Of a DNA stretch of 64,000 bases, positions 39,826-51,905 are shown in pieces. The stretch is taken from positions 310,001-374,000 of the forward strand of contig JAUGWO010000128.1 in NCBI GenBank assembly GCA_049724395.1, given 5' to 3'. Source of the stretch: Spongospora subterranea f. sp. subterranea. Lineage: Eukaryota. The notes below the pieces were generated by a model. It was not told the DNA's origin. It was given only the letters and a program-made list of their open reading frames with translations, and did not search any database. Every line of letters starts with the position of its first letter. The first letter of the stretch is position 1. A program made the position numbers and the translations under genes.

Positions 39826-42462
39826 TTGCCGAGCCGGAATTGACAATGAATGTTGTGTATTGCCGATGATTGGACAATGCTCTGGGCCGTGGCGCGACCC
39901 TATACACGTCACTTGAGGTGGCGCTGCCTGTAGGCTGTACCGCCACCTCGACAGACTTCTCGGGCAGTTTGGCATGTTGCCTGGTGTTTTTTGAATCTGA
40001 CTAGATCAGCCTCAGAGCAATAATTGTTTACCACGACCATGGCAACGTTCAAGTCTGTCTGGCGCACACTGATCGATTGGCGGCAGTTTTGATTTTGGAA
40101 AGCGATTACATTATGGTATTTGTCCACTACCTGTAAACAATAGTATTGTGTAGCCAAATACATCTGATTGGAAAGCCCTTGACATTTGTTGTGAATTCGG
40201 ACAAGATGCCGAGGGGCAAGGCTCAGTCATTTTTTTTAAATTGCTATTGGCAGAGGCGTGTCGCACAGTGCAACCTTCTCAAATTCGTGCTTGGAAGCGA
40301 ACGCTGGCCAATTCGAATATGTCTTGTAAATAAGAGACTCAACCGCGAACCCACCGCCAGGTCTCTCGATGGAGAAAAACTGTTTAATTTCATGAAATTC
40401 GTCGAGAAAATGCTCCCGTTAATTGTATCGAGCTTTTTATTCGAAGCGAAATAGTGCTATTGCAGCAAAAAACAGTTTGTAATTCGGACGTTGATGTTTG
40501 CCTGAAGTTGGAGCCTACATCTTTGAAAAATCATAATCTTGCCTTTAGCAAGCGAATTCGCAGGCTCGTCCTGTACTTTCAAGAGCATCTCCGACAGTGG
40601 CCTCTATTTCCAATCTATCCTGACTGTGGGACGACACTCTAGCGCCACCTTGAACTACATCATCGCGTTCATTCCAATATTGTACACTAGAATGATTTTC
40701 CTTCACAATTCTCAGATCCAGCTGCTGTATCTAAATTCATCTCCCAGATTCAGATAGCGATCGGGATTCGTATTGTAGTCGAGGAATTTACCGAACGTGA
40801 ACAGCTGCTGCTGGACATTCTTGCCCTATGGATGATTATATCAGTCTCCAAAAACTCGCCAAAAGTCACGTGTAGCTACCCGTAATAAAGGCTGGGAGCC
40901 CTAAACCGGGATATTACTTGTCGTCGATGTTCACTCAGACGATTGGATTTTTTTGACCGTGCTGCCACGAGAGCCCAAAACTCATGAAGCAAGCCTTAAG
41001 GAATATGGGATTCGGAAATGCTGGAATGGGAACAATACGTGGTTGGGCTTTGGCCTTGCAGATGAGATCATGTGTGTGATGATTATTTAGTCGGTAATGA
41101 TCATGCAGCTCAAACGCTAATCCAGGCCCAGCCTAATGGCTAATCTCAAAAATGGGCAGACGAACGGTAATTTGGACGGTGGATGGATGCCAGCATGCTC
41201 AGGTGTGGATCACGACCAGCCTACGATCAGTTGACAATGAGGTGCTACCTACAGTACTTAATCGTTAATTCAGTACCCAATAACACCAATCTAGATCATA
41301 TCGTTGATCAGAATTATCAACGAGGAGGGTCTAAGAGAAAACAGGGATCAGAGCGATTTTTCGATAGCAACACTGTTTGAGGACAGTGTTAAATCCAGGC
41401 CGATTTTCGTGAGGCAATCTTATATCGAGATAATTTGGTGGAATTGCCGTCGTTAGAGTTCCAATCGCGGCGGGTACGACCTTACACCAATTCAAAAAAC
41501 ACTCTAGGGACGAAGGATATCTGTTTCTAGAACCGGATGTAGTCAACGGGTAACCATTCCCCTACCAAGGGACATTGGACGAACAGGAATTTGCCTCCGT
41601 TTATTGTTTAAAGACGTGAAATTGATGGTCGAATTTCTAGAGAAAATCAAAGGAAACTATCTGGGGCAGTCTCCGCCTCGTTTTGTCTGGTGCGCAGCTA
41701 AAGCCATGTTCAGATATTTGAGGCCAATCGTCGGCAAACCGCGTCTTTGCTCGCCCCGAATTTTGAGGAAGTATGGCGAGTTGCCGAGGATTGGCTCAAA
41801 CATCCTCGTCAAGATTATTTAGTTCGGCAAACACTGAAGAAAGAAACACAAAACGCCAATGCGTCGTCAGATTTACCAACAGGACTATTGCAAGTATGGC
41901 GATGACGTGTTCGAACAAGAACTGGGATTAGCTAAATGGGCACCAATGATACCGTTCGACCGCCGCTCGTTCGGCTCGCTTACCGGCCACGTTGAAAGCA
42001 ATTATATCAAAGGCGATCTTATCTGCATCTGTCGGTGCCATTCCTCCATCAACGAGCGACATGCTTACCCAAGTATATTCCTTCTTGCTTAGTCTCAGTC
42101 AAATTCAATCAAACAGCAGTCCCCTCGTTGGTTTGTTCGAGGTTGGGTATTACAGTCGACCTATCGCGCTCATGGGGAATCTCTAGTCCCAATACGTCGA
42201 TCGGTTCCAACGTCTGAAATGTTCCTCTCTCGCAACATTCGAGTTGCAATGTTTGTTGACAGCCCTTGGTGAAATGCAGTAGCATCGCTGAACAGAAAAT
42301 ACAATAAACCCTTGGAATAGTTATCTGAGGGGTGTCCGGGTCTTGTTAAAGGGAGCTGTCAATTGGCAATGGGGTCGCCCTCCTCCTCGGCCCTCGTGGT
42401 CCGCCAATCCGGAATAATCCTCGTGGTCAAAACCCTAGAACTGCACTACCAGATCACCCATC

Positions 42463-43173
42463 ATGATCTCGATCACGAGCATCATGTCCATGGCCCGTCT
42501 GCCCAAGCTGGCCGGCCTGAGAAGGATGGGCGGCATCGCCCAGGACAAAGTTGACGGTTCGCCCTGATTTTATTGTCGGCAACAATGTGGATTGCGGTTG
42601 TGATACTCTTTCTCTAGTGTGGCTGCCCAAGGATTTCAGTGAAATTCCACCAATGTCCGATATTTCCTATATACGCCCCAGTAATAATTGCATAGTTTGA
42701 ATTTGATGATGTATTGAATGCGGTTCCAACAGGTGAGGTTGTTATGGATCAGGTCGATGATGATCTTCATCAGGGCTCGGGTCAGACCGTTTCTCAATTT
42801 TGTTCTGTCGAGATATTCAGCGTTTTTTCATATATATTATATATATATAGGTCTGGCAGGGATTCCGGTGATAATCAATACCCAGCGCGTTATAGAAGCC
42901 GGAGCCCCTTCGTTTGATCATCCCGAAGACCGCAAAGCGAAATTATGTGCACGACTTTGCGACCTGAAACTGAATGATGACCAGCAGAAGAACCTGGTGT
43001 CCATCCTAGGACCACGGTTCGATGCGAAAAAACAGATCATCAACCTGACGTCGTCCAAGTATCCTGATCCAGAGCTGAACTCCCAGGAATGCATTGACAC
43101 GTTGAAAGCGTTGATGGCCGAAGCTGTAGAAATGTCGTCGCTTCTCGCTTCTGCTAAAGGTACCCAAATATAA
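42463..43173 (+). CDS. Mitochondrial small ribosomal subunit protein mS35 (MRP-S28 domain), multi-exon
   Basis: Presequence-like N-terminus; HPEDRKAKLCARLCDLKL...LGPRFD...LTSSKYPDPELN...LKALMAEA. Confidence 0.75.
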
Positions 43174-43395
43174 AAACAATCTTCGAACAGCCATGTTTTC
43201 CAACTATGTCAAGGCCGATGCATTTTGCATTCGTGTTGTAAATGCCTGTGTGAAACAATTTAATCCGAAGACGGAAACGATGGATGAGAGAAATACTGAT
43301 AATATCTCGGGTGAAAGAGCCCGATCGATAGGTATTGCACAGCAGTACCTTGTTGGCTCATTAGTCGGCCTTGTATTGTTTGAGAGGGAAAGCGA

Positions 43396-44766
43396 ATGGC
43401 GTTGGATCCGCCCCAACATCGATTCCTCAAAAAACAGGACAACCGCTTCAACACCGACGACATCAATCTGCCTCGTCCGCGATTCTTCTTTCGCAAACTA
43501 GACAGGCGCCTTGACATATCCGATATTGAGGGAGCGACGTCGATCTTTTATCAGCCGAAGTTGAACCGGTCTCAGCGATGCGTCAATCCATTGACTCCCG
43601 TGTACAAGCTGGCAACCTTTCGCCATGAGCCGCCAGAACCGATGCGGTTCACTCGCGATACTCTGGATATCAGCGATATCGAGGGGACACGAACCACGGT
43701 CCCGATCGTGCTGCGAATGAAGACGCGGGACCATATCAACTACAGCGACGTGAAAGGATCAACCGCCGCCCACACCTATGAGAAGTGGCAATCGCGAACG
43801 ACACGCCCTATCCTCAAGGTCGACGATATCAATAATGATGGCGCGTTCCGGACTCGGCGACATACTGACCCTTTGTCGCCTCGATACGATTTCGATTGCA
43901 ACGGCAGCACAGATCTGTTGTTGTTCGCGGAAAATGGGAACCCGTTGCCACGTGAGGGCGGTGGTCAAATGCACTATGAAGGTGGTGCACATTCCATTCC
44001 CGGTTCCCATCCTCGCAAAACGAAGGACGCGTCCGGGATCAACTACAGTTTGATGACGCGGGACATCGACGGGAACGAACCGATGTTCAACATTCACCGG
44101 ATAACGCGCCTAATGAAGAACCACACGACACGGAAGACGAACACCACAGACGATATCGAAGGAGCTCAAGCAGACACTGCTCTGAAATCAACGTGGCTTC
44201 GGAGGACAAACCCCCTTATGCCAAAATACCAACCTCTAGATAATGGCGATCCGGAATTCAATCCATATTCGTGCACAAATATAGGGACGGGGGTCGATTC
44301 AATGATGGAGCAACGACAATCTTCCTATCCAGGGCAGGACGTTCTGTATTCGGACGTCGAACGCCAACGGCTACATTCGAGCGGATCGCAAACCGAATCG
44401 GTTATTAGTGGGAGATCGGATCCACCGAGACCTGACCTGAATTTGACGCACGATCAAGGGAATTCGGACACCCAATCCATACGAATCGCTGAACGGATGG
44501 AAGGATCGCACATCGGAGAGCAGAATGTTGACGAGAAAAAAAACACGCAAATACAATATGGCAATGTGGCGCCGGGTTCTACCAGATGCTCGTCCGTGAT
44601 CAAAAAGGAGAAACCAAGCAATGCCCCGCCACGAAAGACGCCAAGTATTTCGTCAAGTAAAAGGTCTTCCAGGCGGTCAAGCAAAACGACCACCTCTAGA
44701 CCAACTAGAAAAATGATCGACCAGCTCAACGACCAGGCGTTGGTAAGGGCGCTACCGACGTCGTGA
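43396..44766 (+). CDS. DIEG/NPLxPxY-repeat protein (possible axonemal protein); a 5' exon may start at ~43280
   Basis: 456-aa ORF with LDISDIEG x2, TRDIDG, TDDIEG and NPLTPVY, DPLSPRY, NPLMPKY repeats. Confidence 0.6.
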   Translation: MALDPPQHRFLKKQDNRFNTDDINLPRPRFFFRKLDRRLDISDIEGATSIFYQPKLNRSQRCVNPLTPVYKLATFRHEPPEPMRFTRDTLDISDIEGTRTTVPIVLRMKTRDHINYSDVKGSTAAHTYEKWQSRTTRPILKVDDINNDGAFRTRRHTDPLSPRYDFDCNGSTDLLLFAENGNPLPREGGGQMHYEGGAHSIPGSHPRKTKDASGINYSLMTRDIDGNEPMFNIHRITRLMKNHTTRKTNTTDDIEGAQADTALKSTWLRRTNPLMPKYQPLDNGDPEFNPYSCTNIGTGVDSMMEQRQSSYPGQDVLYSDVERQRLHSSGSQTESVISGRSDPPRPDLNLTHDQGNSDTQSIRIAERMEGSHIGEQNVDEKKNTQIQYGNVAPGSTRCSSVIKKEKPSNAPPRKTPSISSSKRSSRRSSKTTTSRPTRKMIDQLNDQALVRALPTS

Positions 44767-44887
44767 GTCGATGTGATTTTCGAATTCCATTAAATAGTGT
44801 CGCGTTCAGTTATTGAAAAGATATTTTCGATAAGATGCCGATAATTTACAACTAAAGCAATGAACGATTTATTAGCATCTTCATATA

Positions 44888-47223
44888 TTATAGGTCGTCT
44901 TCGAGATATCTATATTCAAATGTGAACTCCGATTTTATCCTTTGGCACCATGAATGATCATAGTCAAAATAAACGTAAGTTCCTTGTTCGAACTCGTCTG
45001 TAGTGACTTGGGGATCCTTGTGTCGTTGAAACCACGTCAAGTATTTCGTATGGTACCTCCACGACTGTTTCTTCAGCTGAGCTGCGGCCAAATACTGCTG
45101 ATATGTTCCTTGTTGGAAATAAAAGATGAAAAACAGAGTGTCCGTGTCGTATTTTTCGAAAAACGCTGGTTCCTCAAAAATTGGCGACGGTATTGATGGC
45201 CATGAAGATGGGGTATGATAGGGATTTCGCGGCAGGTAATGCTTTGGCCTGTCAGAGTCTGCCGGTGTAGGCATGTGCCGCAAACTCGACTCTAAAATTT
45301 CCAAATTTCGTCGCTGATCTTCAGACAAAGGAGCATCAAACATTTGAGGTGGTGGGGCCTTAGTCATTGGCGACGAATCGCGATTGGATGCAGCTTGAAC
45401 AGCAGCAAGACGAGAAGGCCTGACGAGTGAGAGATCACCTGCAGGTTCTTCAGAAGCTGCAGCTTGATATCGCTTCTGCCGAAGCTTGTTAGCAAGAGTA
45501 GATTTGCTAGGACCGGATAGTCCAGGTGGGGGGGGGCTGTCCTGTTAAGGGAGATGTGGATCTAATTCCGGTCGGATGCGGTGCAGAGCCAGCATTGAAT
45601 TGCTGTTTAACACCAATATGCAACGATTGCAGCATAGATGGTTGAGTGTCGGTCGGCAATACAACATTAGAAAGCGGCACCTGCTTTAGGCCCAATGGCT
45701 GTTCCATCAACGAGGCAGCTGGGGCTTCTTGCACTGCATGTTCGGCTAAATCTTGCTGCTTCGCCACTGAACTTTGCTCTCGGATCGCTTGAGCCTTGGC
45801 AGCAGACGCAGCAGCTTGTTCTGCTTGTTGCTTTTGCTGTTGTTGCTTGACAATATTGGCAAACGGAGCAGGAGGCGGCTGTTGAACTGCAGTAAAGTCC
45901 ATTGAACGGTTTGTAGCACTAGCCGTCCTAGGAGACTGTTTCGGAGAACCGCTGGCAGCAACAGGAGGCAAAGGAGACTGACGAACAGCGGGCACCTGCT
46001 GCGGAGAGGGTTCCTGATAATTGGCTGAGATCTGAACCGGTACAACAACGACGGGTTTTTCCTTTTTCTTTTTGGGAGCTTTTTTAGGAGTATCGCGCTC
46101 CGACTTCAAATTGGAGGATTTCGACGTCGACGACGTCTCTATAGGTGATTTTTCGATTGCAACTTGAGGTTTTTCTTTAGCCGCATCCTTTTGAGACGTA
46201 TCTATAGTAACAGTAGGTGATGGCTGTGATACAGGGGCAGTAAAATGCTTTTTGGCGGTATTCCTCCTTGACATCGAATCGTCAACTGGCACATCAATAA
46301 CATCACTAGTCGATATAGAATCGTCATCATTATCGTCAGCCTCCTTTTCGTCGTAGCCGTCATCATCAAGCATCGAATCATAGTCTTCATCGCTGCCCAG
46401 ATCGAAATCTGACCCTTCTTCGTCATCAACAGGGAACACAACTGGAGGCGGGGGAGGCTTCGCATTGCGCTTCTGTGCAAGAAGATCGTACATGTATGCA
46501 TCGTCAAAATCCTCCATGTCCTCGTCCTATCATAAAGCTGTTAGACTATTGTGGTTAGTGGGCCACGTTGGTGAGTTACCTGGTTATTTTCGATGAAATA
46601 ATCTACGTCTTCCTGAATTTCTTCTACATCAGGCCGACTACAATCTCATCCTCAAAAAGCATTTCCCAAGCCATTTCTAGATGTTCGATATGGAACTTAT
46701 AGCGCTCAACAAGACGTTGAAGATGATCAACATGGACTTCCTCGTGCCCTTTGTTCCTTTTTTTTCCCCTGCGCTGTTCTGCGTCTAATTGGCTTTCACG
46801 CTCTCCCAACTGTCCCTTCAGTAAAGAAATCCGCTTGTCAATCCATGATTTCACTTCTAGTTTGGGTTTATCCAGAAGCTTCTTCTTTGGGGTGTTTGTC
46901 AATGCTTCTTTTGAAAAAGCCTTCGTCTTGGTCTCTTTTTCGCACACTTTGAAACGTTCCATATCACGTTCAATTTGCTTTCTTGCCATAAACATCTCTT
47001 CTTTCTCGCGAATTTCTGGAGTGGATAGCCAAGTTTTAATTTGGTCTCGATACCGCTGCAATCGCTTGATTTCCTTTTTTAAATCCGCTTCGTGTTTTTC
47101 TTTCAAAGCTGCAGTAGGAGCAGAATACACTTTTTGCCATATGGATTCAAATTCAATGAGCCCATCTTGGACCCTCTTGAGAACCCGTTCTATTTCGGAT
47201 TGCTGCTTGCGCGTTTGCGCCAT
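44888..47223 (-). CDS. CNOT3: CCR4-NOT subunit NOT3/5 (2 exons; one apparent +1 frameshift at G-run 45528-45536)
   Basis: [64 protein letters not shown]-box [35 protein letters not shown]. Confidence 0.95.
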
Positions 47224-47451
47224 TGGACGCCTATTAGGTTATGCCTTCCAGATCTGACGAGTCTGAGAATTACGGTGAGACGCGATGTCTCGATAGGGTG
47301 ATGTCGGCACCGTTCGCCTGATCAATGGGGGTGGTGGAGATGATCCTATACTGACTACCTTTCCACAATGGTGTGTGAGAGAGAGAGCTCCTCAGCAGCA
47401 GGGACACGGACTTATATCAATTAATGGGGTGTAGTAGTAGGTGGTGTTATA

Positions 47452-47584
47452 GGTCAACCATAACGGACTGATGGTCGGGATGGGATCTCGCCATCTAGGT
47501 CAGACACAACGAACTGATGGTTGAAAAGGGATCTCGCCATCTAGGTCAGCCAACGGACTGCTGATTGGGAAGGGATCTCGCCAT
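47452..47584 (+). repeat. Three imperfect ~46-bp tandem repeats
   Basis: aacg(g/a)actg...gggatctcgccat repeated three times upstream of NOT3. Confidence 0.8.
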
Positions 47585-48446
47585 TTTTTTCAGACGATAG
47601 GCATATAGGAACTGCACACCAGACTTCACTGTCCAGACTTAAAAAATGAAACACACTAATATTTGAATTATATATTTGGGCTAACGACAGAACATAACAG
47701 GCTTTATGTTGTTTGATCTTTGTTCAAGTGATCCCTTCATGTACAGCAGCTTATCGCTTACTCGGTGAATTGGCGACAATATGGGCACCCCCATGCTAAA
47801 TTCCCTACTGGATTCATAGCGAGAGCTTGACGAGCTTGGCCATTTTTACTTTACCTAGTTCACTCACGATAACGCATTGATACCGGTGCAATGTGCCTAT
47901 CTTGAAAATTATACATTGTCACCAAAGATTTGTGAACGCCTAGAAAGAGGATGAACACGAAGGGTTACGTCAAGATAGTGCAAAACTATATGAAGGACTC
48001 CTCTTCGACCTAATCCTGAAAGAGACGGAGCAAAGCACTGGTATTTTGAACCGAGGCTGCCTCGTTTGCAAGGGAAATAATTGGGTTCAGGTTTGTCCAA
48101 CCAGCACGCACACGCAATTATTGCAAGAGGCAATTGAGCGCGGCCTCTGAGTGTGTTATGAGTGCGGCGTACACACTAAAATCAGGGGCAGCTACAGTGC
48201 GGGTAGTCTAGTCACGGCAAATTTCTTGACAGATTTTGTATGGCTAGCGGCACGGAGTATGGCAGTTTTGTAATGATAGTGTGCAGGATTTAAACGGCGT
48301 ATATCGATAGATCTCATCGAAACAGACCAGGCTACGCTTTTTTGCAAAATATTCCAAAATGGTGACAAGATATCAATTGTAAAATTTCCTCTTTTTCAAA
48401 ATTGGCAGTATGGTGGGAAAAAGACTTTTTTGAGAAAAAAAAATAG

Positions 48447-50963
48447 CTACAGTAGTGGAACTCTTGTAACAATGCGTGCCTACAGTCTAGTGGAACTCTT
48501 GTAACAATGCGTGCCTACAGTCTAGTGGAACTCTTGTAACAATGCGTGTCTACAGTCTAGGTAGTGGAACTCTTGTAACAATGCGTGTCTACAGTCTAGG
48601 TAGTGGAACTCTTGTAACAATGCGTGTCTACAGTCTAGGTAGTGGAACTCTTGTAACAATGCGTGCCTACAGTCTAGGTAGTGGAACTCTTGTAACAATG
48701 CGTGCCTACAGTCTAGTGGAACTCTTGTAACAATGCGTGCCTACAGTCTAGGTAGTGGAACTCTTGTAACAATGCGTGCCTACAGTCTAGGTAGTGGAAC
48801 TCTTGTAACAATGCGTGTCTACAGTCTAGGTAGTGGAACTCTTGTAACAATGCGTGTCTACAGTCTAGGTAGTGGAACTCTTGTAACAATGCGTGTCTAC
48901 AGTCTAGGTAGTGGAACTCTTGTAACAATGCGTGCCTACAGTCTAGGTAGTGGAACTCTTGTAACAATGCGTGCCTACAGTCTAGGTAGTGGAACTCTTG
49001 TAACAATGCGTGCCTACAGTCTAGTGGAACTCTTGTAACAATGCGTGTCTACAGTCTAGGTAGTGGAACTCTTGTAACAATGCGTGTCTACAGTCTAGGT
49101 AGTGGAACTCTTGTAACAATGCGTGTCTACAGTCTAGGTAGTGGAACTCTTGTAACAATGCGTGCCTACAGTCTAGGTAGTGGAACTCTTGTAACAATGC
49201 GTGCCTACAGTCTAGGTAGTGGAACTCTTGTAACAATGCGTGTCTACAGTCTAGGTAGTGGAACTCTTGTAACAATGCGTGTCTACAGTCTAGGTAGTGG
49301 AACTCTTGTAACAATGCGTGTCTACAGTCTAGGTAGTGGAACTCTTGTAACAATGCGTGTCTACAGTCTAGGTAGTGGAACTCTTGTAACAATGCGTGTC
49401 TACAGTCTAGGTAGTGGAACTCTTGTAACAATGCGTGCCTACAGTCTAGGTAGTGGAACTCTTGTAACAATGCGTGTCTACAGTCTAGGTAGTGGAACTC
49501 TTGTAACAATGCGTGTCTACAGTACAGTCTAGGTAGTGGAACTCTTGTAACAATGCGTGTCTACAGTCTAGGTAGTGGAACTCTTGTAACAATGCGTGTC
49601 TACAGTCTAGGTAGTGGAACTCTTGTAACAATGCGTGTCTACAGTCTAGGTAGTGGAACTCTTGTAACAATGCGTGTCTACAGTCTAGGTAGTGGAACTC
49701 TTGTAACAATGCGTGTCTACAGTCTAGGTAGTGGAACTCTTGTAACAATGCGTGTCTACAGTCTAGGTAGTGGAACTCTTGTAACAATGCGTGTCTACAG
49801 TCTAGGTAGTGGAACTCTTGTAACAATGCGTGTCTACAGTCTAGTGGAACTCTTGTAACAATGCGTGCCTACAGTCTAGTGGAACTCTTGTACCAATGCG
49901 TGCCTACAGTCTAGTGGAACTCTTGTAACAATGCGTGCCTACAGTCTAGTGGAACTCTTGTAACAATGCGTGCCTACAGTCTAGTGGAACTCTTGTAACA
50001 ATGCGTGCCTACAGTCTAGTGGAACTCTTGTACCAATGCGTGTCTACAGTCTAGTGGAACTCTTGTAACAATGCGTGCCTACAGTCTAGTGGAACTCTTG
50101 TAACAATGCGTGCCTACAGTCTAGTGGAACTCTTGTAACAATGCGTGCCTACAGTCTAGTGGAACTCTTGTAACAATGCGTGTCTACAGTCTAGTGGAAC
50201 TCTTGTAACAATGCGTGCCTACAGTCTAGTGGAACTCTTGTAACAATGCGTGCCTACAGTCTAGTGGAACTCTTGTACCAATGCGTGTCTACAGTCTAGT
50301 GGAACTCTTGTAACAATGCGTGCCTACAGTCTAGTGGAACTCTTGTAACAATGCGTGCCTACAGTCTAGTGGAACTCTTGTAACAATGCGTGCCTACAGT
50401 CTAGTGGAACTCTTGTAACAATGCGTGCCTACAGTCTAGTGGAACTCTTGTAACAATGCGTGCCTACAGTCTAGTGGAACTCTTGTAACAATGCGTGTCT
50501 ACAGTCTAGTGGAACTCTTGTAACAATGCGTGCCTACAGTCTAGTGGAACTCTTGTAACAATGCGTGCCTACAGTCTAGTGGAACTCTTGTAACAATGCG
50601 TGCCTACAGTCTAGTGGAACTCTTGTAACAATGCGTGCCTACAGTCTAGTGGAACTCTTGTAACAATGCGTGCCTACAGTCTAGTGGAACTCTTGTAACA
50701 ATGCGTGCCTACAGTCTAGTGGAACTCTTGTAACAATGCGTGCCTACAGTCTAGTGGAACTCTTGTAACAATGCGTGCCTACAGTCTAGTGGAACTCTTG
50801 TAACAATGCGTGCCTACAGTCTAGTGGAACTCTTGTACCAATGCGTGTCTACAGTCTAGTGGAACTCTTGTAACAATGCGTGCCTACAGTCTAGTGGAAC
50901 TCTTGTAACAATGCGTGCCTACAGTCTAGTGGAACTCTTGTAACAATGCGTGCCTACAGTCTA
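48447..50963. repeat. Satellite array of ~68 units; 35-bp unit tagtggaactcttgtaacaatgcgtg(c/t)ctacagtc and a 39-bp variant with extra tagg
   Basis: Head-to-tail near-identical units. Mostly 39-bp units at 48523-49841 (one 44-bp unit near 49520); 32 consecutive 35-bp units at 49842-50962. Confidence 0.98.
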
Positions 50964-51155
50964 AAACCTTTCCGTCACTAGCAATGGGACTCTGGGACAG
51001 TCTAGGACCTTTCCACTAGGACTCCTGTAATATGTACCAAATTTCGTCGTTATTGGACATGATTACGCTTCTTAATTCATTTGGATTCGAGTTAGAAACG
51101 GTTAGTGTGGTTGTTGTTGATTATTTTCACAATTATTCATAAACTCATGTCATAG

Positions 51156-51490
51156 ATGATCGCTACGTACTTACCAGGAGCGATAACATCGTTGATCGCT
51201 GGTGCTTGGCGTTCATTGTTTCTTATGGTTGTTATCATCACATCGCTGATCATCGTTGTTTCTGCAGCTATAATTGTGGGACTTGTCATGTTTTTAAACC
51301 GTTTCTTTGATCGTCGCCTTCAAAGCAACCAATTTGCCTCCGATCAAAAGGAACGTAAAGTAAATTTAACTGCAGAAATAAACCTGCAAATTACGGACAG
51401 GGGGCGCCAAGAGGTTGTTTACTATCTTATTCATTCCACCTTTCAAATTTTTTGTACAGACGGATGCAACTGCGGGATCAGTTAGTATAG
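51156..51490 (+). CDS. Putative ~73-aa single-TM micropeptide gene (copy A; exons 51156-51201, 51268-51413, 51460-51490)
   Basis: Two GT-AG introns. Predicted MIATYLPGAITSLIAAIIVGLVMFLNRFFDRR...TDRGAKRRMQLRDQLV* if the G-run at 51400-51404 carries one extra base (the inverted copy has 4 G). Intron phases and stop position then match paralog B. Confidence 0.5.
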
Positions 51491-51905
51491 GTATCTTCAC
51501 AGGTTTAAGGTACTCTGATTGCCCATCCTTAGGGTAATAAGAATTGCTGCAATGATGGAAAAGGACTTTCAAGAAGAGCTGTTGAAACAGTCTTGGAAGA
51601 AAGTAAGGATGTTGTGAAATACTGTTCATCTGTTTTATGTGTGCTGTAGTACGAATCGAAGCGTCGCAAGATACATAAGGCTTTTTTACCGGACTGTCTT
51701 CAAATAAACGTCCGGACAATTACCTCTTGGCGCCCCTGTCCGAAATTTGCAGGTTTCTTTCTGCAGTTAAATTTACTTTACGTTCCTTTTGATCGGAGGC
51801 AAATTGGTTGCTTTTGAAGGCGACGATCAAAGAAACGGTTTAAAAACATGACAAGTCCCACAATTATAGCTGCAGAAACAACGATCATCAGCGATGTGAT
51901 GATAA
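51232..51905. repeat. Long inverted repeat: arms 51232-51415 and 51722-51905 (~184 bp), 306-bp spacer
   Basis: Arms are reverse complements with about 4 differences seen (2 substitutions, 2 homopolymer indels). Confidence 0.95.

Noticed and set aside
42430..42439. Telo-box AAACCCTA before the mS35 gene (also ~11374)
   Set aside because: Isolated 8-mers; not a telomeric array and not statistically supportable by eye.
48542..49858. ORFs (MRVYSLGSGTLVT)n and (LLQEFHYLDCRHA)n
   Set aside because: By-product of a 39-bp (3n) repeat; frames break at every 35- or 44-bp unit.
48447..50963. CRISPR array (unit length 35-39 bp)
   Set aside because: Units are head-to-tail with no unique spacers, there are no cas genes, and the context is eukaryotic.
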